Below are positions 1-10,389 of a stretch of DNA of 64,000 nucleotides, one piece after another (position 1 is the first letter of the stretch; each line of letters begins with the position of its first letter). Location of the stretch: IMG/VR virus record IMGVR_UViG_3300021399_000105, positions 96,001-160,000 of that record; one strand, given 5' to 3'. Made by a program: the position numbers and the translations under genes. Under the pieces are notes generated by a model. That model saw only the letters and a list, made by a program, of their open reading frames with translations. It had not been told where the DNA came from and made no database searches. The stretch comes from a virus. Its lineage: Duplodnaviria > Caudoviricetes.

Positions 1-1
1 T

Positions 2-502
2 CCAATAAGTGCTACATATAAATTAAAAGTAAGAGTTAAGAAGCAATATGGTACAGATAGTATCAACTTTAGATGGAGCAAATGGTCAGATGAAAGGGTA
101 TTTATAGTTACACCTACTTCTTATAGTGTAAGTAGTGGAGATATTATACGTGCATTACATTATAATACTGCTAGAGATACAGTAAATAGGGTTAGATATA
201 CATATGGTGTTGAATGGAACAATATTCCAGAAAGTGTAGTAGCTAATTCTACTATAATAAGACAAGTACAATATCCTTATAATAATTTATATAAAATAAT
301 TGTAGATACTAAGCTAGCAGTAAATACGTATGGTCCAATTATGGAAGGTAGAGAAAATATTAAGTTAGATGCTAATGATGAAATACTTAATACTTTTACA
401 CCTACTTTAGAAAAAGTAACTGCTTTATCACAAGAGAACAATTCACCTAATGGAAGAAACTATATGGGTATAATATATGATAGATGTAATAAATTAAAAT
501 AA
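2..502 (+). CDS. 3' part of a virion structural (tail/baseplate-associated) protein, truncated by the window edge
   Basis: Open frame 2..502 (PISATYKLKVRVKKQYG...WSKWSDE...DRCNKLK*), followed by a terminator and a tail fibre gene. Confidence 0.55.
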   Translation, partial: PISATYKLKVRVKKQYGTDSINFRWSKWSDERVFIVTPTSYSVSSGDIIRALHYNTARDTVNRVRYTYGVEWNNIPESVVANSTIIRQVQYPYNNLYKIIVDTKLAVNTYGPIMEGRENIKLDANDEILNTFTPTLEKVTALSQENNSPNGRNYMGIIYDRCNKLK

Positions 503-520
503 CTTTAAAAATATAGTTAG

Positions 521-560
521 AAAGCTATTATTGTAAGTAGTTATACAATAATAGCTTTTA
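521..560 (+). terminator. Rho-independent terminator
   Basis: Inverted repeat aaagctattattgta...tacaataatagcttt followed by T-rich sequence. Confidence 0.75.
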
Positions 561-569
561 TGTTTTGTA

Positions 570-584
570 TGTAAAATATTATTG
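570..584 (+). promoter_or_regulatory. Putative phage late promoter TGTAAAATATTA(T/G)T
   Basis: Motif recurs upstream of structural and lysis genes at 570, 4379, 9100, 17593, 19566, 29258, 34145, 39332, 41992 and 45485. Confidence 0.75.
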
Positions 585-612
585 AATTTTAGATGATGGA
601 GGTAATAAGAAT

Positions 613-2811
613 ATGGCTCAACCAAGTGCATATTATAAAGCTGATAATATAACATGTTACCCAGGTTCAAACCAAAAGGATAACGGTAAATTAAATTTAG
701 AGTTTAATATGGCAAGATTAGTAACTAGAGTATCTAGTAAAAACTTTTGTATAGTAAAACCTTCATTTAATTTATCACAAGTAACAGATGAAACAACTGG
801 AGATACATTATTACAAGTAGATGTAGGTGAATGTAGTATAAATGGTATGGATTTAATTATGACAAGTCCATTAACAATAGCTCCACCGGACACAACAAAT
901 ACGACGTTTTATTTAGCGTTTAAATTAAAAAGAGATAGTTCTAATAATGTATTGGGTGACTTTATATACGGAGTAGATACAACATTTGAAGGTGTTTATT
1001 TAACATACTTTACAGAAAAGACCGAAGATGACCCAGATAGAATGTATTTAGGAAGTCTTAAGTGGGACGGTACTAACTTCATAGACATGGAAGAAGATGA
1101 AGATAAGTATGGAAGAATATGGGCAGAAGATATACTATGTAAAATAGAAGACCCTAAACATCCTGATGTATCTAGATTAAATTTACAAGAGTGGTTATAT
1201 AATGTACCAGATTGGTATTTTTCTAAAGAGGGAGATATTATATATGGAACTTTAGAAATGACAGATGGTCGTGAAGGTTCTGGACAATCTGGTATTATTA
1301 TGAGATGTGATGATTCAAATACGTCTACTATAATAGTTAAAGCTCCTACAACAGCTATAACAGATACAGATAAAATAACAAAAATAAAAGGTTTAGATGA
1401 TGGTACAGAATTAAATATAGGTTCTTCATATATTGGTGTTAATGAGGATTATGATTATGATTTAAGAATACTAAGTCCAAATCAAATAAAAGTAATTAGT
1501 GATACAAACTTATATTTACAAGGTTCACAAGCAGCTTATTTAGGTTCTGGTGGAAATGGAAATACACCTACATTAAGATTAACAGAACATAGAGCAACCT
1601 TTTATGATAATAACTCTAATACTTTAAAATATGAGATTGATTTTTCAGACCCAGATTTAGTTAAACATACAATGGGTAAAGCAATATGGCAATATAGTGA
1701 ATTAACAGGTGATATAAGTTTATTACAAAATAATGTTAGATACTTGGATGTGGCACCTAATGCAATATTTAGACAGAATACTAGAGTAGTTAATACATTA
1801 AGTTTAGGAGCAGATGATGGTTTACCTCAAACAACTCTAACTAGAACTAATTGGATACTCAATGAAAATGTAGCTAATGGTAAATCTATAAATATAACAC
1901 CTAGTTCATTTAATTGGACAAATCCAACATTAGGTACAGATAATGTATATATAAACCTTAAAAATTCAACAGACACAATACATACAAAGATATATGACAA
2001 TGGTACTGTAGATTTACTTAATGGTAGTACTCAACCTGGAATAACTTTGAGGGATGGAGACACTAGATACGATACATCAATAAAAAAAGTTTTAAACAGT
2101 AAAACTATAGCTATAGACGGTAATATAACAAATACAGGTAATATTACATCTAATGGTTTAATTTCAGGTATAGGAGGACTACAAACAAGTAACGGTGTTT
2201 TAACGTTTGTTAATGGTAATAATAATGCTACTATAACTAAGGGTAATGGAAGTACTACATTATCTACAAGTGGTGGATTTAGTGTAGGTGCTACAGGAAA
2301 TCAACCTTTAAGTGCTGGAAATACTACAATTAACGGAACACTTAGTGCTGGTTCTAATGCTCAATTTAATGTAAACAATGCTGGAGATGTTAGTACTACA
2401 GGTACAATAACGGCAACAAGAGTATTTAATGCTGTGTATAATGATTATGCAGAGATATTTAGAAAGAATAAAGATGAAATAATTGAATATGGAGATGTTG
2501 TATGTATTAGAGAAGATGGATTAGTTTATAAAGTTTCTAATGTTAGCGACATTGATACTATTATAGGTATATGTTCAGATACGGCAGGTACAATATTAGG
2601 AGGTGCTAATATACCTAAGGATGAGCAAGTATGTGTAGGTTTAGTAGGTCAAATATGGACAAAAACAACTTTAAAAACAGTAAAACCAGGACAATGGCTA
2701 AAACCTAATTTAGATGGAACAGTTTCTTTAACTAACAATAAACAATCTAAAATAGGAATGGCTTTGTCAAATGTACAAAATGGTAAAGTACTAGTTTTAT
2801 ATAACGGATAA
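613..2811 (+). CDS. Tail fibre/tail spike with C-terminal intramolecular-chaperone (peptidase S74/G2-like) domain
   Basis: 732 aa; G/T/N-rich beta repeats; C-terminal NAVYNDYAEIF...GDVV...IIGICSDTAG...VGLVGQI pattern. Confidence 0.7.
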   Translation: MAQPSAYYKADNITCYPGSNQKDNGKLNLEFNMARLVTRVSSKNFCIVKPSFNLSQVTDETTGDTLLQVDVGECSINGMDLIMTSPLTIAPPDTTNTTFYLAFKLKRDSSNNVLGDFIYGVDTTFEGVYLTYFTEKTEDDPDRMYLGSLKWDGTNFIDMEEDEDKYGRIWAEDILCKIEDPKHPDVSRLNLQEWLYNVPDWYFSKEGDIIYGTLEMTDGREGSGQSGIIMRCDDSNTSTIIVKAPTTAITDTDKITKIKGLDDGTELNIGSSYIGVNEDYDYDLRILSPNQIKVISDTNLYLQGSQAAYLGSGGNGNTPTLRLTEHRATFYDNNSNTLKYEIDFSDPDLVKHTMGKAIWQYSELTGDISLLQNNVRYLDVAPNAIFRQNTRVVNTLSLGADDGLPQTTLTRTNWILNENVANGKSINITPSSFNWTNPTLGTDNVYINLKNSTDTIHTKIYDNGTVDLLNGSTQPGITLRDGDTRYDTSIKKVLNSKTIAIDGNITNTGNITSNGLISGIGGLQTSNGVLTFVNGNNNATITKGNGSTTLSTSGGFSVGATGNQPLSAGNTTINGTLSAGSNAQFNVNNAGDVSTTGTITATRVFNAVYNDYAEIFRKNKDEIIEYGDVVCIREDGLVYKVSNVSDIDTIIGICSDTAGTILGGANIPKDEQVCVGLVGQIWTKTTLKTVKPGQWLKPNLDGTVSLTNNKQSKIGMALSNVQNGKVLVLYNG

Positions 2812-2837
2812 ATTTTTGTATAAGGCGGTAATGTTTA

Positions 2838-3359
2838 ATGGGTAAAAGTAACAAAGGTGCTAGAAGAATGTTAGAAAGAATATTTGGAAAAATATGTATG
2901 ATTGAACATTTAGGAATACATAGTATACCTCAAAGTAAAAGAAAGCGAATAAAAGGATATAGACAAACAGATGACCAATTAACTTACCATCATATACATG
3001 AGAGAGTAAATGGTGGTAGAACAACCATTAGTAATGGTGCACTTGTAAAAGGATATAACCATCAGTGGTTACATAAGTTACCCGAAAAACAAAAACAAGA
3101 TGTAAATAATGCTATATTAGAATTTAAAGCTACTGTAATTCAAATAGTTGGAGACGAAGTTAGAACAATAGATGGTAAGTTTATATGTTTTGATACTTTG
3201 GACCCACAAGAACCAGATACTTATAAAAAGACAATTAAGGTTGAAGATAATGATGAAGAGATATTGATAAAACGAGAGAAGTTCAAAAGAGCAAGAGAGC
3301 AACAAAAGTTTAGACGTAAAGTACGAGAAGGAATTGACGAGTTTTATGAAGATAAATAA
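2838..3359 (+). CDS. HNH-type endonuclease domain protein
   Basis: LTYHHIHERVNGGRTTISNGALV..NHQWLH HNH-like motif. Confidence 0.6.
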   Translation: MGKSNKGARRMLERIFGKICMIEHLGIHSIPQSKRKRIKGYRQTDDQLTYHHIHERVNGGRTTISNGALVKGYNHQWLHKLPEKQKQDVNNAILEFKATVIQIVGDEVRTIDGKFICFDTLDPQEPDTYKKTIKVEDNDEEILIKREKFKRAREQQKFRRKVREGIDEFYEDK

Positions 3360-3603
3360 TCAACAGAAACAAAAAGCAAAGGAAGATATTATTTCTACTT
3401 TGTTAGACTATATAAAAACAATTAGTTTAAAAATAAAGTGTAGTGAATTGCCAATAAAACAACAACTTGAACAAATGGATGTTATTGTAGAAGTATTCCA
3501 TTTTCTATCTAATTACGACGAAAATGTAGAAGCATTAAAACAGTATTATAGACAAAAGAACACAGATAAAAAAGACATACAGGAAAAGAAAGGTAGAGAT
3601 TAA
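3346..3603 (+). CDS. Small helical hypothetical protein (paralog of 3889..4146)
   Basis: QMDVIVEVFHFLSNYDENVEALKQY resembles QVDVMLDTLHFLQDYDENVKVLNQY. Confidence 0.6.
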   Translation: MKINNQQKQKAKEDIISTLLDYIKTISLKIKCSELPIKQQLEQMDVIVEVFHFLSNYDENVEALKQYYRQKNTDKKDIQEKKGRD

Positions 3604-3606
3604 AAA

Positions 3607-3828
3607 ATGTCCACAATATCTGAATACGAACAATATTTAGTTCAGAAATTATTAAATTCATTAAAAGGAAGTGCATTATCTGTTAAATCGGTAAATGATA
3701 TGATGATGACACCTCAACAAAGATTAGAAGCACTGGAAGCAATAGGTAAAATGAAGGCTTATATTGAAGCATATGAACAACGTAATATAGTACAAAATAT
3801 AGAACAAAATGACCACATAAATAGATAG
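3607..3828 (+). CDS. Small hypothetical protein
   Basis: 73-aa ORF in a tight operon; weak resemblance to its neighbours. Confidence 0.55.
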   Translation: MSTISEYEQYLVQKLLNSLKGSALSVKSVNDMMMTPQQRLEALEAIGKMKAYIEAYEQRNIVQNIEQNDHINR

Positions 3829-3888
3829 TGTTATTTTGTACCAGGTTCTAATTTAACAACTTTTTATACGTTAATAATAAAAGTATAT

Positions 3889-4146
3889 ATGAAGGAGAAA
3901 AATATGGATAAAAATGAAGCTATAAACAGACAAAAAGTTATTGATGAAATTACAAGAAAATTAGAGGAAATTGGAAAGCAATTACAACAGGATAAAGATA
4001 TGAATCCACAAGATAAAGCAGTACAAGTAGATGTCATGTTAGATACATTACATTTTCTACAAGATTATGATGAAAATGTAAAAGTATTAAATCAATATTG
4101 GATGGAGAAGAGAAGAAGACAAAAATTTGAACAACCAAATAGATAA
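3889..4146 (+). CDS. Small helical hypothetical protein (paralog of 3346..3603)
   Basis: Shared HFLxxYDENVxxLxQY motif; aaggag RBS suggests the start may be 3904. Confidence 0.65.
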   Translation: MKEKNMDKNEAINRQKVIDEITRKLEEIGKQLQQDKDMNPQDKAVQVDVMLDTLHFLQDYDENVKVLNQYWMEKRRRQKFEQPNR

Positions 4147-4152
4147 AAAATT

Positions 4153-4178
4153 AAAGGACTTATAATTAAGTCCTTTTT
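4153..4178. terminator. Bidirectional terminator between convergent genes
   Basis: aaaggactta-taat-taagtccttt with A- and T-rich flanks. Confidence 0.7.
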
Positions 4179-4179
4179 A

Positions 4180-4293
4180 TTATCCCTCGTCCTCATTATT
4201 ACAGTAACCACTACATTCTGCTTTATGCTCACAAAATTCACAATCACAATCTTGATAGTTACCTGTTAACCAACAATAATCTGTAGGATACAT
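4180..4293 (-). CDS. Small Cys-rich peptide (37 aa), the only supported minus-strand gene
   Basis: MYPTDYCWLTGNYQDCDCEFCEHKAECSGYCNNEDEG; GGAGGTG RBS and a TTTACA-N18-TATATT promoter (4328..4357) on the minus strand. Confidence 0.6.
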   Translation of the reverse strand: MYPTDYCWLTGNYQDCDCEFCEHKAECSGYCNNEDEG

Positions 4294-4378
4294 AATTACA
4301 CTAATCACCTCCAATACTATCCGTAATAATATAACATATATTAAATGAATTTGTAAATACTGCAATTACTAACATACC

Positions 4379-4392
4379 TGTAAAATATTATT
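4379..4392 (+). promoter_or_regulatory. Putative late promoter
   Basis: TGTAAAATATTATT upstream of the holin. Confidence 0.7.
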
Positions 4393-4419
4393 AGATTAAA
4401 TATGTGAGGAGATGGTAAA

Positions 4420-4818
4420 GTGTCAGAAGAAGTAATAAACCAAATTATTCAAATATTATTACCAGTATTAGCAACATTTTTAACAGCTGTATTTACATAT
4501 ATTGGTAATAAAATGAAAACGACATATGAACAAAAGGCAAATCAACAGATTACTCAAGAAGTAATAAAAAATGTGGTTAAATATGTAGAACAGGTATACG
4601 TGGATATTAAAGGCCCAGAAAAACTACAAAAAGCTGTAAGTCAAACATCCTCTATATTAGCAGAGAAAGGTATTAAAATTTCTGAAGCAGAAATTACAAT
4701 GTTAATTGAGTCAGCTGTATATGGTTTAAACGAAGGCTTAAAACCTAAGAAAGAAATAGTAGAAGTTGATGAAAAATCAGAAATAGTAGATGCTTCTGAT
4801 ATAACTATAGAAGAATAG
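4420..4818 (+). CDS. Phage holin, LL-H family
   Basis: Single N-terminal TM helix; VKYVEQVY...GPEKLQKA...GIKISEAEITMLIESAV pattern. Confidence 0.8.
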   Translation: MSEEVINQIIQILLPVLATFLTAVFTYIGNKMKTTYEQKANQQITQEVIKNVVKYVEQVYVDIKGPEKLQKAVSQTSSILAEKGIKISEAEITMLIESAVYGLNEGLKPKKEIVEVDEKSEIVDASDITIEE

Positions 4819-4843
4819 GGAAGGATTAAAATTAAAGAGTAGT

Positions 4844-7076
4844 ATGTCAAATATACAACAAAATTTAGAGAATAATAATAATTTAATAGCTAATATTACT
4901 CAAAATGTAAGCAATATTACAAATACTGTAAATAATTTACCTAAGTGGTCTAATACCTACGCTAATGCTACACCTCAAGACATATTAGAAAATAAAACAG
5001 CAGTAGTAGATGGTAAATTAGTAGTAGGAACTAGACCTAATTTAGATAGTATATTAAACATACAGGAAGATACCATTAGTAATATTAGCAATATTACAAA
5101 CAACCTAAAAACTACATTAAATAATGCCTTACCCATAGTATATAATTTTCCATATCGGAATAAAATTTATTGGGTCAGTAAATGTAAACTTAGATTTGAC
5201 AAATTACCGTACTGTTCAAGATATTGATATGTCAAATATGTTTGCATTTTGTTTAGATTGTGTTGTAAATATATCTAATTTACGTACAAATAATTTATCT
5301 GAAACATTTAATGTATTTCACATACAAAGTACAGATATTACATCGTTAGATTTAACTAATTTAAACACAACTAATATAAATTCTTTACACAATTTTATGC
5401 GAGAAGGTCTTTTTGTTCCAAACTTTAATATTCTTGGATTAGACACATTTGATGTATCTAATGTAGTTGACATGAGTAGTATTTTTAATGGTGTACGATG
5501 TACTTATTTGAACAATTCTATAAATTTTCATAGCATAGATAGTTGGGATACTGTTAATGTTACAAATATAAGTGAAGCATTTGCTAGAGCTAATATAGTT
5601 TGTAATGTAAATAATTGGGATACATCTAATGTAATGGATATGCGTTCAACTTTTTACTACGCTAACTTGGAAAATATTGTAGGGTTTAATAGTTGGAATA
5701 CTGTTAATGTTACAAATATGTCTGCAACATTTTTTGGCAGTAATGCTGTTAACTCTAATCTATTAAATCAAATAAAACATTGGAATCTATCTAATGTAGT
5801 TAATATGAGTCAAATGTTTAAGAATGTACACTCTAATATTGAGTCTGTAAATATTCCTTCGTTAAAGTGGAATTTAGTGGATAGAGACTGTGTTAGAATG
5901 TTTGATAAATGCAATAGTATCACACAAGTAAATTTAAGTAACTTGGATTTTATGTACCATAATAGTGTAGGTGCTAATACTAATTTGTTTGAAATGTTTA
6001 GTAACTGCAGTAATTTAACATCAGCTAATTTATCTAAGTTTAATTTACATAAAATGAAATTTTATGGTTCTTGGAATATGTTTAATAATTGTACTAATTT
6101 AACTGATTTAGATATATCAGATATTATAATTAGTTCTATTCCAATTACTAATATTGTGGGGATAAATAGTTTAGTTAAATTAACTAATGTAAACATGAGT
6201 AATTCACGTATGTCTTTACCTAACTTCAACAATAGAATTTATTTAACTTTTGTAAATTGTAATAATATACAAGATAATTCAATGTTAGATATGAGCTATA
6301 TATTTAACGGTTGCTATGGTTTAGTTGATGTATTTGGTTTGGAGTCTTATTTACAACAGGTCAGCTATGTGACTAATATGAATTCATCGTTCCGTAATTG
6401 TCGTAATTTAACCAATTTAAGTTTATCTAATATAACTGTAAATAGTAGTGCAACTTACGGTGGATTAACTTATACATTCTATAATTGTGTGAATTTATCT
6501 AATTTACAACTAAATAATTGGAATATATACAATGTAACTAATACATCTTATACTTTTTGTAACTGTTCATCATTAAATAGTTTAAATTTAAGTACCTGGA
6601 TTACACATAATTTAAATATAACTAGCTATATGTTTAATAATTGTAGAAATTTACAAAATATAGATTTAAATATATCTAGTTTATCTAATTTATATAATAC
6701 ACTTAGAATGTTTAACGCATGTACAAATTTACAGACAGTTAATTTATATAGTTCTGGTGAGCCTCTGAAATTAACTAATTTAAGTACTACTAATTTTATG
6801 TTTTACAATTGTAGTAATTTACAAAATTTAAATTTGGATAATATTACATTAAATAACCGTTTATGTAATATATATCGTATGTTTTATGGATGTAATAATT
6901 TAAGTGATAATAGTATATATAGTTTCTTAAATCTACTTATAAGGTGCAACCAGTATATAAATTGTAATAATATTATGAACACGAATTTATATAGTCCATT
7001 TTATGGAACAAATATTACTAATTCTAGATATGCAAATATAGTAACTAATTTACGTACGGCTGGTTATAATTGTTAA
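4844..7076 (+). CDS. BspA/DUF285-type leucine-rich-repeat virion protein (~743 aa), requiring a +1 shift at CGG 5156..5158
   Basis: ORFs 4844..5227 and 5196..7076 join as FPY-(C)-GIKF, matching HDGIKF in the unbroken paralog 7091..7954; many WDTSNVxxMxxMF repeats. Confidence 0.75.
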
Positions 7077-7090
7077 TTTGGAGGTATTAA

Positions 7091-7954
7091 ATGAATATAC
7101 AACAAACTTTGGAGAACCACAATAATACGATATCAAATATAAATATACAAGTACAAAATATTTCAAACACAGTAAATAATTTACCCAATTTTGCAAATTC
7201 ATATTTAGCAACAGCTAATGTATCTGATATAAATGAGAATAAAACAGCTTATATAAATGGTGCACAAGTTGTGGGGACGTATGAAAATTTATATGATGAT
7301 ATTACAAATCAGTATATAAATATAACAAATATAAATACTAAAGTTTCGAACATTTATAGTAATTTAGACCCCAATAAATGTATCACTAGTAGTAAACCAA
7401 CTATACATGATGGTATAAAATTTCAATATAGTAGTTCTTGTGATTGGGTATATACTTTTGATACTTATGCTATGACAGACATGGGACAATTATTTATAGG
7501 TTCCACATTTGATAAATTCTCAGTTAAAGGTGGATACGGGGGTTGGGATATATCCAGTGTTATTACCGCTAATATGATGTTTAGGTCGTGTAGAAATCTA
7601 TCAAATGTTTATTTAAATGGTTGGAACTTTTTTCAAATGAGAGACATGAGCTTTATGTTTGATGATTGTACTAATTTGAGATATATAGATATTATACCTG
7701 TTTATACACCCAATAAAGGATTTTATCCTAAACTAACAGATATAACTGGTATGTTTAGAGGATGCAATAATTTATCTAATATATGTATTATAAATATTAT
7801 TACAAATTTAATAGTATTAGCTAATCAAATTCCTACAACATACCGTAATTTAAGTAATACTTTTGCCTATAGTCCATTTAGTGGAACAAATATATCTAAT
7901 ACAGTATATCAATCGTACTGGAATCAATTAAATCAATTGGGTTGGAGTTATTAA
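7091..7954 (+). CDS. BspA/DUF285-type LRR protein, paralog of 4844..7076
   Basis: Same N-terminus (NIQQxLENxNNxIxNI...ATxxDIxENKTA) and C-terminus (YSPFxGTNI). Confidence 0.75.
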   Translation: MNIQQTLENHNNTISNINIQVQNISNTVNNLPNFANSYLATANVSDINENKTAYINGAQVVGTYENLYDDITNQYINITNINTKVSNIYSNLDPNKCITSSKPTIHDGIKFQYSSSCDWVYTFDTYAMTDMGQLFIGSTFDKFSVKGGYGGWDISSVITANMMFRSCRNLSNVYLNGWNFFQMRDMSFMFDDCTNLRYIDIIPVYTPNKGFYPKLTDITGMFRGCNNLSNICIINIITNLIVLANQIPTTYRNLSNTFAYSPFSGTNISNTVYQSYWNQLNQLGWSY

Positions 7955-7972
7955 AGGAGTTAATAAATAATT

Positions 7973-9025
7973 ATGAGTGATAAAACAAGATTACAAAATA
8001 ATAATAGAGATTTAAAGATAATTGAAGGTACTTTAGAACAAGTATCGGATGTAATACAAACATTACCAGATGCATCTACATGTACTGCAACGAGTAATGA
8101 TATTATGACTGGAAAAACGGCTGTTAGTAGAGAAGGTTTAGTTGAAGGTGGGTTAACAACCACAAGCGAATCATTATATATTGACTATTTGCCTTACACA
8201 TTATATGCTCCTACAGGAAGTTTATTAGAATCTGTACAGTTAAATCTTGGACAAGTGGATGGGTTGCAACCAGATAATATAAGAGCTGGTGTAAGTATAT
8301 TTGGAGTAGAGGGTACGTTGGAGAGTGGTGGTATAGGTAAACCTTACAACATATATATGTTTGAATCAACAACACAACGTGATAATGATGAGTCCGGTAA
8401 TATTTATTGTGGTGGAGATTTATCGGTAATTAGACGAAATGTAACAACATTTTCTTTTGACCAAAGTGTAAGCTTTTATTGTTTAATGTACTTGCCTAAG
8501 CGATTACAGATGGATGCTTTTATACAATATCCACAGGGAATGGAATCTTATATGATAGGTGGCTGCTGGACTTTTATGAACGCTAGTTGGCATTCGGACC
8601 CCGGTACTGTATCGGAAGTATTTTGGGGTAGTGATAAACATTATCACGTCGATTTAGTACTTAACTTTGAGGTAATGAATCATAGCGGTGGTTATGTTAG
8701 TTTACGTGTATCATATCAAACTGCAAATACTTATGAAACATCTTCTTGGCCTTTAGATGCTACAGATACTATGGAGAGAGTAACTGGAGAACTTTATTGG
8801 GTATTAAGTACGGATGAGGACAATCCAGTACTAATAACTTCTGTAAATGACGACGATTATTTAGGATTACCTTGTTCTATGAGTGCTCAAAGTAGTCAAC
8901 AATTTATGTCTAATTGTTGGTTATATACTTGTGGAATTGGAGGGTACGAATGTGAATATAGTGATTTAGCTGTGTGGGATGTAACAAATCGTAGATGGAA
9001 TACTGTTGCTAACTACTCATATTGA
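7973..9025 (+). CDS. Putative tail-fibre-associated protein
   Basis: ATSNDIMTGKTA and LQPDNIRAGVSIFGVEGT repeats typical of Firmicutes phage fibres. Confidence 0.6.
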   Translation: MSDKTRLQNNNRDLKIIEGTLEQVSDVIQTLPDASTCTATSNDIMTGKTAVSREGLVEGGLTTTSESLYIDYLPYTLYAPTGSLLESVQLNLGQVDGLQPDNIRAGVSIFGVEGTLESGGIGKPYNIYMFESTTQRDNDESGNIYCGGDLSVIRRNVTTFSFDQSVSFYCLMYLPKRLQMDAFIQYPQGMESYMIGGCWTFMNASWHSDPGTVSEVFWGSDKHYHVDLVLNFEVMNHSGGYVSLRVSYQTANTYETSSWPLDATDTMERVTGELYWVLSTDEDNPVLITSVNDDDYLGLPCSMSAQSSQQFMSNCWLYTCGIGGYECEYSDLAVWDVTNRRWNTVANYSY

Positions 9026-9099
9026 TATTTATGATGATTTGGGAGTATTTTATTATATACAATCTTAATAATAAATTACTCCTTATTTTTATGTCAATT

Positions 9100-9113
9100 T
9101 GTAAAATATTAGT
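9100..9113 (+). promoter_or_regulatory. Putative late promoter
   Basis: TGTAAAATATTAGT after a terminator-like hairpin (9041..9090), upstream of the endolysin. Confidence 0.7.
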
Positions 9114-9256
9114 GTATTAAGTATCGTATTGAATATTACAGTAAGGAGGCTGATAAGCTGTGGAGGAGAATGAGGAAATATTAGGTAATGCAGAACTACA
9201 AAGAGAAGAACAAAAAGAGATTGAAAATGAATAATTATTAGAGAGGAGAACTAATT

Positions 9257-10252
9257 ATGGCTAAGAGAGGAATAGATATTAGTGCACACCAAGGTAACAT
9301 AGACCTAAATGCTTTAAAGGGTGAAATTGATTTCGTTATTATTAGAGTAGGATATGGTGTAAGTGGTACTATAGATAAATATTTTAAAAGAAATGCTGAC
9401 TTATGTGTTGAATTGGGTATACCTTTTGGATTTTATTGGTATTCTTATGCTTTAGATGAATCTGGAGCTGAATCAGAGGCAAACGCATTTTTAAATGCTA
9501 TAGCACCTTATAAGGACAAATATTCTTATGGTTGTTGGTTTGATATGGAAGATGCAGACAGTTATAAATCTAAACATGGTATGCCTTCAAATCAAACATT
9601 AAGAAATATATGTAATAGATTTTGTACAATAGTACAAAATAATGGTTACTATGTAGGTATTTATGCTAGTTCTAGTTGGTTTAATAACCAATTAAATGGA
9701 GCAGAAATAAGTCCTTTTGATAAGTGGGTAGCACAATGGCCTACAAGTGGTGGACGAGAGAGAGGATTAGATGTTAGTGCTGATGAGAGAACTCAGTATA
9801 ATTTATGGCAGTTTACATCAGCAGCTAGATTTAATAATTATGGAGGAAACTTAGATGCTAATTATGCTTATAGGGATTATCCACAAATTATTAGGGGAGG
9901 ACAACCCGCACCTCAACCAACACCTACACCTGAACCACAATATTCATTTAGGGACTTCGTTGGTGATGTTCAAAGAGCAATTGGAGCTAGAGTTGATAAA
10001 ATACCGGGACCTGAAACGTTATCAAAAACACCTACAGTATCTAAAACTAAAAATAGAAAACATGCTGTTATAAAACCAATACAAAAATATTTATATAGTT
10101 TAGGTTATACAGAGGTAGGAGATGCAGATGGTATAGCTGGAAATAAATTTGAAGTAGCTGTTAAAAATTATCAAAGAGACCATGGATGTGTTGTGGATGG
10201 AGAAATTACTGCTCACAATAAGACTTGGAAAAAATTATTAAAATTAGCTTAA
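9257..10252 (+). CDS. Endolysin: GH25 muramidase, Pro-rich linker, peptidoglycan-binding domain
   Basis: GIDISAHQG, FVIIRVGYG, WFDMED, LWQFTS, LDANY motifs; PAPQPTPTPEP linker; DADGIAG...VKNYQ...VDG. Confidence 0.9.
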   Translation: MAKRGIDISAHQGNIDLNALKGEIDFVIIRVGYGVSGTIDKYFKRNADLCVELGIPFGFYWYSYALDESGAESEANAFLNAIAPYKDKYSYGCWFDMEDADSYKSKHGMPSNQTLRNICNRFCTIVQNNGYYVGIYASSSWFNNQLNGAEISPFDKWVAQWPTSGGRERGLDVSADERTQYNLWQFTSAARFNNYGGNLDANYAYRDYPQIIRGGQPAPQPTPTPEPQYSFRDFVGDVQRAIGARVDKIPGPETLSKTPTVSKTKNRKHAVIKPIQKYLYSLGYTEVGDADGIAGNKFEVAVKNYQRDHGCVVDGEITAHNKTWKKLLKLA

Positions 10253-10256
10253 AGTA

Positions 10257-10285
10257 TTTACATATTTTTAAACATATATTATAAT
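10257..10285 (+). promoter_or_regulatory. Sigma-A-type (early) promoter
   Basis: TTTACA-N17-TATAAT. Confidence 0.7.
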
Positions 10286-10389
10286 TAAATAGTAGGATAT
10301 GTAGTGAGAGATTGTGTATATAATTTACATTATACGTTGTGTACATAGTCTCTTTTTAAATAAAACAGAGGAGGTATGTTATCTATAAT

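Noticed and set aside
9855-10073. Alternative-frame ORF inside the endolysin as a spanin
   Set aside because: No lipobox or RBS, and the lysis cassette is Gram-positive type
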